30,763 nt of DNA from Candidatus Bathyarchaeota archaeon (GTDB lineage Archaea > Thermoproteota > Bathyarchaeia > RBG-16-48-13 > GCA-020355125): NCBI GenBank assembly GCA_030670615.1, contig DAOVBJ010000001.1, positions 1 through 30,763 on the forward strand, in the 5' to 3' direction. Below, piece after piece: positions 27,077 through 30,763 of the stretch; position 1 is the stretch's first letter, and each line of letters opens with the position of its first letter. The position numbers and the translations under genes were made by a program. The notes under the pieces were generated by a model. The model made no database searches, had not been told where the DNA came from, and saw nothing but the letters and a program-made list of their open reading frames with translations.

Positions 27077-28777
27077 ATGAGTAACTTGTCTTTTTCTCTA
27101 CATAAGCAAGAAGCCGTTTCGAGCCATGGAATGGTTGTTTCAAACCATCCTTTGGCTAGTTTGGCAGGGGCAGAGATGTTGATAAAGGGAGGGAACGCTA
27201 TGGACGCCTCTGTAGCAATTCTTTGTGCCCTCACGGTAGTTGAACCAATGATGGTGAGTGTGTTTGGTGCAGGGTTTTTCAATATAAGACTGGGTGAGAA
27301 AAGAGAAGTATTCACCATAGACAACTACGCTGTCGCTCCCAAGGCTGCTACGGAGGACCTGTATGAGCCTGTTGAAAGCTTGGGTCCAGGTCAGAGTATG
27401 TTTGAGACTATTGATAAGAAGAATACAGTTGGGTATCTCAGTGTCGCTGTCCCTGGAGCTATGAAGGCATGGGAGCATGTGGTTCAAAGGTTTGGTTCAT
27501 TAACCCTCAGGGAAGTGATGCAGCCTGCGATACGCTATGCTAGAGAGGGGTTTAAGGCTAGCAAATATCTAGTCTGGTGCATCAATGAATCCATGGAAGA
27601 CTTAGCACGATTTCCTGCGTCAGCTGAGGTCTTCCTCCCTCATGGAAAACTTCCAAAGCCCAACCAACTTATACTAAGAGAAGACTATGCAAAAACTCTT
27701 GAGAAAATCGCGCGAAAAGGCTCAGATGTCCTTTACAAAGGCGGGGTAGCCAGAACAGTTATTGATGATATCCAAGAAAATGGGGGCATCATGACTAGGG
27801 AAGACTTGAAAAGTTATACTATAAAGTATAGGGAGCCTGTTAGAGGAACTTACAGAGAACAATATGAAATCATATCTACGGCTCCAGTAAGCAGTGGCGG
27901 CGTCCACATCGTACAGATGCTTAACACTCTTGAACACTTCGATCTTTCAAGTCTTGGCTTTGGAAGCCCACAACACATCCACATCTTCGCTGAAGTCCTT
28001 AAAATGGCGTTTGCGGACCGCCAGAAGTTTATGGGAGATCCAGATAAGATTTCTGTGCCAATTAAAGGGCTTGTAGATAAGAGATACGCTGTTGAGAGGG
28101 TCAAGGAGATAAATCTAAGTAAAGCTCAAACCTACACGCCTGGTGAACCAACACTCTATGAAAACAACTCAGATAACACAACCCATGTTTGCGTTATTGA
28201 TGAGAAAGGCAATATGGTTACCACCACCCAGACCCTGAATTCTATTTTTGGGTCAAAGGTTACAATTCCGGGAACAGGCATGTTTCTCAATAACTGTATG
28301 GCATTATTCGACCCCCATCCAGGCTTTGCGAACTCTGTCACTGGAGGAAACCGTATGCTTAGCTCCATGGCGCCAACAATTGTCCTAAAAAAGGATAAAC
28401 CTTACATGTGCCTAGGCACCCCAGGAGGGACCCGCATCTTCGCTACCATATGTCAAGCCATAGTTAACGTCATTGATTACGGTATGACGATTCAAGAAGC
28501 TGTTGAGGCCCCACGATTTTGGACCACGGGTATACATAGTACCGGGGGTGAAAAACTCAACTTAGAGGCTGGCTTCTCTGACAAGTTACGCGAAGGATTG
28601 CATAAAATGGGTCATGAGATATTAATTGTGCCCAGGATAGCTGGTGGCATGAATGGCATTATGGTCGACCAGAAAACTGAAATGCTACATGGTGCATCTT
28701 GTTGGAGAGCTGACGGCGTTCCCATAGGTTTGTCTGGTGGCCCAGCACATCCTTACGCGATGAAAAAAGCTAACTAG
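27077..28777 (+). CDS. ggt: Gamma-glutamyltransferase
   Basis: GGNAMDA, VAVPG, AFADRQKFMGDP, catalytic NTTH, TTTQTLN..FGS, LNN, RMLSSMAPT, GTPGG. Confidence 0.95.
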   Translation: MSNLSFSLHKQEAVSSHGMVVSNHPLASLAGAEMLIKGGNAMDASVAILCALTVVEPMMVSVFGAGFFNIRLGEKREVFTIDNYAVAPKAATEDLYEPVESLGPGQSMFETIDKKNTVGYLSVAVPGAMKAWEHVVQRFGSLTLREVMQPAIRYAREGFKASKYLVWCINESMEDLARFPASAEVFLPHGKLPKPNQLILREDYAKTLEKIARKGSDVLYKGGVARTVIDDIQENGGIMTREDLKSYTIKYREPVRGTYREQYEIISTAPVSSGGVHIVQMLNTLEHFDLSSLGFGSPQHIHIFAEVLKMAFADRQKFMGDPDKISVPIKGLVDKRYAVERVKEINLSKAQTYTPGEPTLYENNSDNTTHVCVIDEKGNMVTTTQTLNSIFGSKVTIPGTGMFLNNCMALFDPHPGFANSVTGGNRMLSSMAPTIVLKKDKPYMCLGTPGGTRIFATICQAIVNVIDYGMTIQEAVEAPRFWTTGIHSTGGEKLNLEAGFSDKLREGLHKMGHEILIVPRIAGGMNGIMVDQKTEMLHGASCWRADGVPIGLSGGPAHPYAMKKAN

Positions 28778-28818
28778 CTAGTTTCAGATTGTATTTATTA
28801 TGTACTACTTTATGAGGG

Positions 28819-29652
28819 TTATTCCAGAGGCTTCGGGTATAGATGCTTTCCCGGTTGAGCTGCTGAGCCTACTGGCTGATACTTTATGAATTCTTCCAGC
28901 AACGCGACGGTTCCTTTGACGGCAGCTTTGATGAGTTTCTCGCCTTTTTCCTTACTAGCGACGCGCGCGTCATCTGTGTGACCATCGGGACTATACTCGT
29001 CTTGATACCAAGCCCTAAAGAATGGTGGTCTAGGTCTAGGCCTTGAATCGGGCGGTTTAACTAAGTCCATTCTGACCGCCTGCGGTGCGATTGCCAAGAG
29101 GATGCTTGTCTCTGCTTCACCACCGTGAGATATTTTCCGTTCGGGAGCAATCTCTAGCACCTCCCTCCAGTCTTCGTCGGGAATTGCATCCCAATAGGAA
29201 AGAGTGCCAACCTCCAAGTTCACCCCATATTCGTAAAAGATTTGCTCCCTTATCTCCCTGCAAATCGTTATGTTGGGTGCCTCATTTCCTCCATGTCCAT
29301 TGACAAACACTATACGCCTTACACCATGTTTTAGCAAGCTCTCAACAACTTCTTTTAGGACCCGCATATAAGTCTCAGCACTGAGGGTTATAGTACCGGG
29401 AAAAGGCGCGGTCATATTATGTGGGGCAACACCCACCCATAGGGCATTGACGACGAGGGCTCTGGGATACATGATTTTGGCTACATCCTCAGCAACCCTT
29501 GTGCAGCTAAGGATATCATTTCCAACACCCAGATGAGGCCCATGTATCTCAGTCGACCCTGTCGGTATTAGGGTGACCTCCAGTTTAGGTATAAGCTCCT
29601 TTAACTCCTCCTGCGTATGTTCATGCCAGTATACTTTCTTTACATCGATCAC
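28819..29652 (-). CDS. Creatininase / creatinine amidohydrolase family protein
   Basis: IPTGSTEIHGPHLGVGND, VNGHGGN, HGGEAETS. Confidence 0.92.
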   Translation of the reverse strand: MIDVKKVYWHEHTQEELKELIPKLEVTLIPTGSTEIHGPHLGVGNDILSCTRVAEDVAKIMYPRALVVNALWVGVAPHNMTAPFPGTITLSAETYMRVLKEVVESLLKHGVRRIVFVNGHGGNEAPNITICREIREQIFYEYGVNLEVGTLSYWDAIPDEDWREVLEIAPERKISHGGEAETSILLAIAPQAVRMDLVKPPDSRPRPRPPFFRAWYQDEYSPDGHTDDARVASKEKGEKLIKAAVKGTVALLEEFIKYQPVGSAAQPGKHLYPKPLE

Positions 29653-29779
29653 TCTACATACCTCTGAAGATTCTATTCAAAAGTTGAATAATTAAGAACT
29701 TAAGTTTAATGGTGCTGGCGCGACCTTATCCTGTATGAAGAAGAACATGCTATTGTAAGGTTGATGTAGAAAATGGTGT

Positions 29780-30141
29780 TTACATCTGCTTTCTGATCCA
29801 GACGCCTTGATTAGTGAGCTCTCTTTTGGGTAGTCTTATGTCAAGCTTTCTTACAGGAATATTTTGCTTCACTGTAAGGGCTGCGGTTGCACTAGTCCCC
29901 TGTCCCATCACTATACTGGTAGGCATCTCCATGAGGGCTCCTTTTAACGTCTGGTCCAGGCTGGAACCTAGCAACGAACCCTCCAGTAGCGTTTCCTCCT
30001 AGAAAACCATATTTTTCTATTGGGTAAACCTCTATACTTGCTCTAGCCACAGCCGCTGCTGTAAGCCCTGCTACTCTTCCACCAACAACGGTTAACATCG
30101 ATTTTAAACTCTTTTTGCTAGCTAGCCATTATCTTTTTCAT
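29780..30141 (-). pseudogene. FAD-dependent oxidoreductase remnant with large internal deletion
   Basis: N-terminal (DV)TVVGG..AGLTAAAVARA...IEKYGFLGGNATGG joined almost directly to C-terminal MPTSIVMGQG..A.AAL.VKQNIPVRKLDI...ELTNQG; in-frame TAG near the start. Confidence 0.75.
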
Positions 30142-30461
30142 GTTCTGAATGCCTTCTTCGATCTTACTTTCTTCGTCTTCTCGATGCGACTAGCCAGTCT
30201 GAAGGACCCTTCGTGTAAAAACCCTGTCCTCTGTAATTCCGTACACAAATAAATAACATTCATGTCCATGGTGTTTGTCAACGCATTCTATAGGTATTAC
30301 CCTAGGAATTGGTCGTTCTCCATTTTTTCAAGTTCCTGTCAAATAAGTTCTAGAATCACCTTTTTTTTTAATAAAACACAGCAATAACTTTTTTTTAAAA
30401 AAAAGTTATAACTGATGTCGTATCACGCTAAACAAATATTATGAGGTTGGTCATTATCAGC

Positions 30462-30572
30462 ATGAATGTGTCTATTACGGATGAAGATTGGAAACTTCTC
30501 GAACAAAAGATTAGGATCTTCCAAGAACACGTTAAAAGCTTTCAGCTAGAAGTGGAAGAACGATTAGGGTAA
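30462..30572 (+). CDS. Possible 36-aa small helical protein
   Basis: MNVSITDEDWKLLEQKIRIFQEHVKSFQLEVEERLG*; amphipathic pattern; AT-rich promoter-like region upstream; below the ORF track cutoff. Confidence 0.3.
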   Translation: MNVSITDEDWKLLEQKIRIFQEHVKSFQLEVEERLG

Positions 30573-30763
30573 CCGATAACAAAGACCGGAACATCGCCCA
30601 ACACACGGAACTTCTTCCCACGATTTAAACGAGTTATAATTTACGAAGCTTCTGCCTTCTTCGAATTAGCTTCCGCGAATGATGCATGGTCTCTGCTAGT
30701 TGCCTTTAATGACGCGTCGCGCCTGGCCTGCTCCCCGTTGGAACAAAACGCCTTTCGTTGTGG

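Larger units (their letters stand above)
22369..30125. repeat. Dispersed CTAGCTAG palindrome at 22369, 23724, 23875, 24487, 28774, 30118; related AGCTAGCT at 14516 and 26877
   Basis: Copies read directly from the sequence (manual scan, may be incomplete). Confidence 0.75.

Noticed and set aside
30573-30763. Open frame on the + strand running off the right edge
   Set aside because: No start context or motif; cannot be called from this window.

Overview
Archaeal chromosomal segment. TACK-like, most consistent with Bathyarchaeia; this is an inference from gene content and TATA-box/leaderless promoter architecture. Left part (1-9030): a peptide/amide catabolism block with a TldD-PmbA pair, an MlrC/M81 peptidase, a D-aminoacylase-like enzyme and two further amidohydrolases. 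Centre (9208-13970), the most interesting locus: a nurA-herA pair with no mre11/rad50 nearby; an unannotated ~88-nt structured RNA candidate with its own TATA box; a translationally coupled operon of four paralogous small proteins (N-terminal beta-hairpin/helix module plus C-terminal winged helix); and three phased TAACGTTA palindromes next to that operon's promoter. Then a cobalamin-type ECF S component with DUF4430 proteins, and a housekeeping-like run (DUF4443, RqcH, CBS, dihydroorotase, Mut7-C, AMMECR1). The right part is AT-richer and partly decayed: OYE, GT28-like glycosyltransferase, HpcH aldolase, GGT, creatininase, and remnants of a 2-hydroxyacid dehydrogenase, trxB, pdxA and an FAD oxidoreductase. 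A CTAGCTAG/AGCTAGCT palindrome recurs at least 8 times, almost only outside intact genes and often at the start of gene remnants. No rRNA, tRNA, CRISPR array or intact transposase was recognised. All protein calls come from motif recognition, not database searches.
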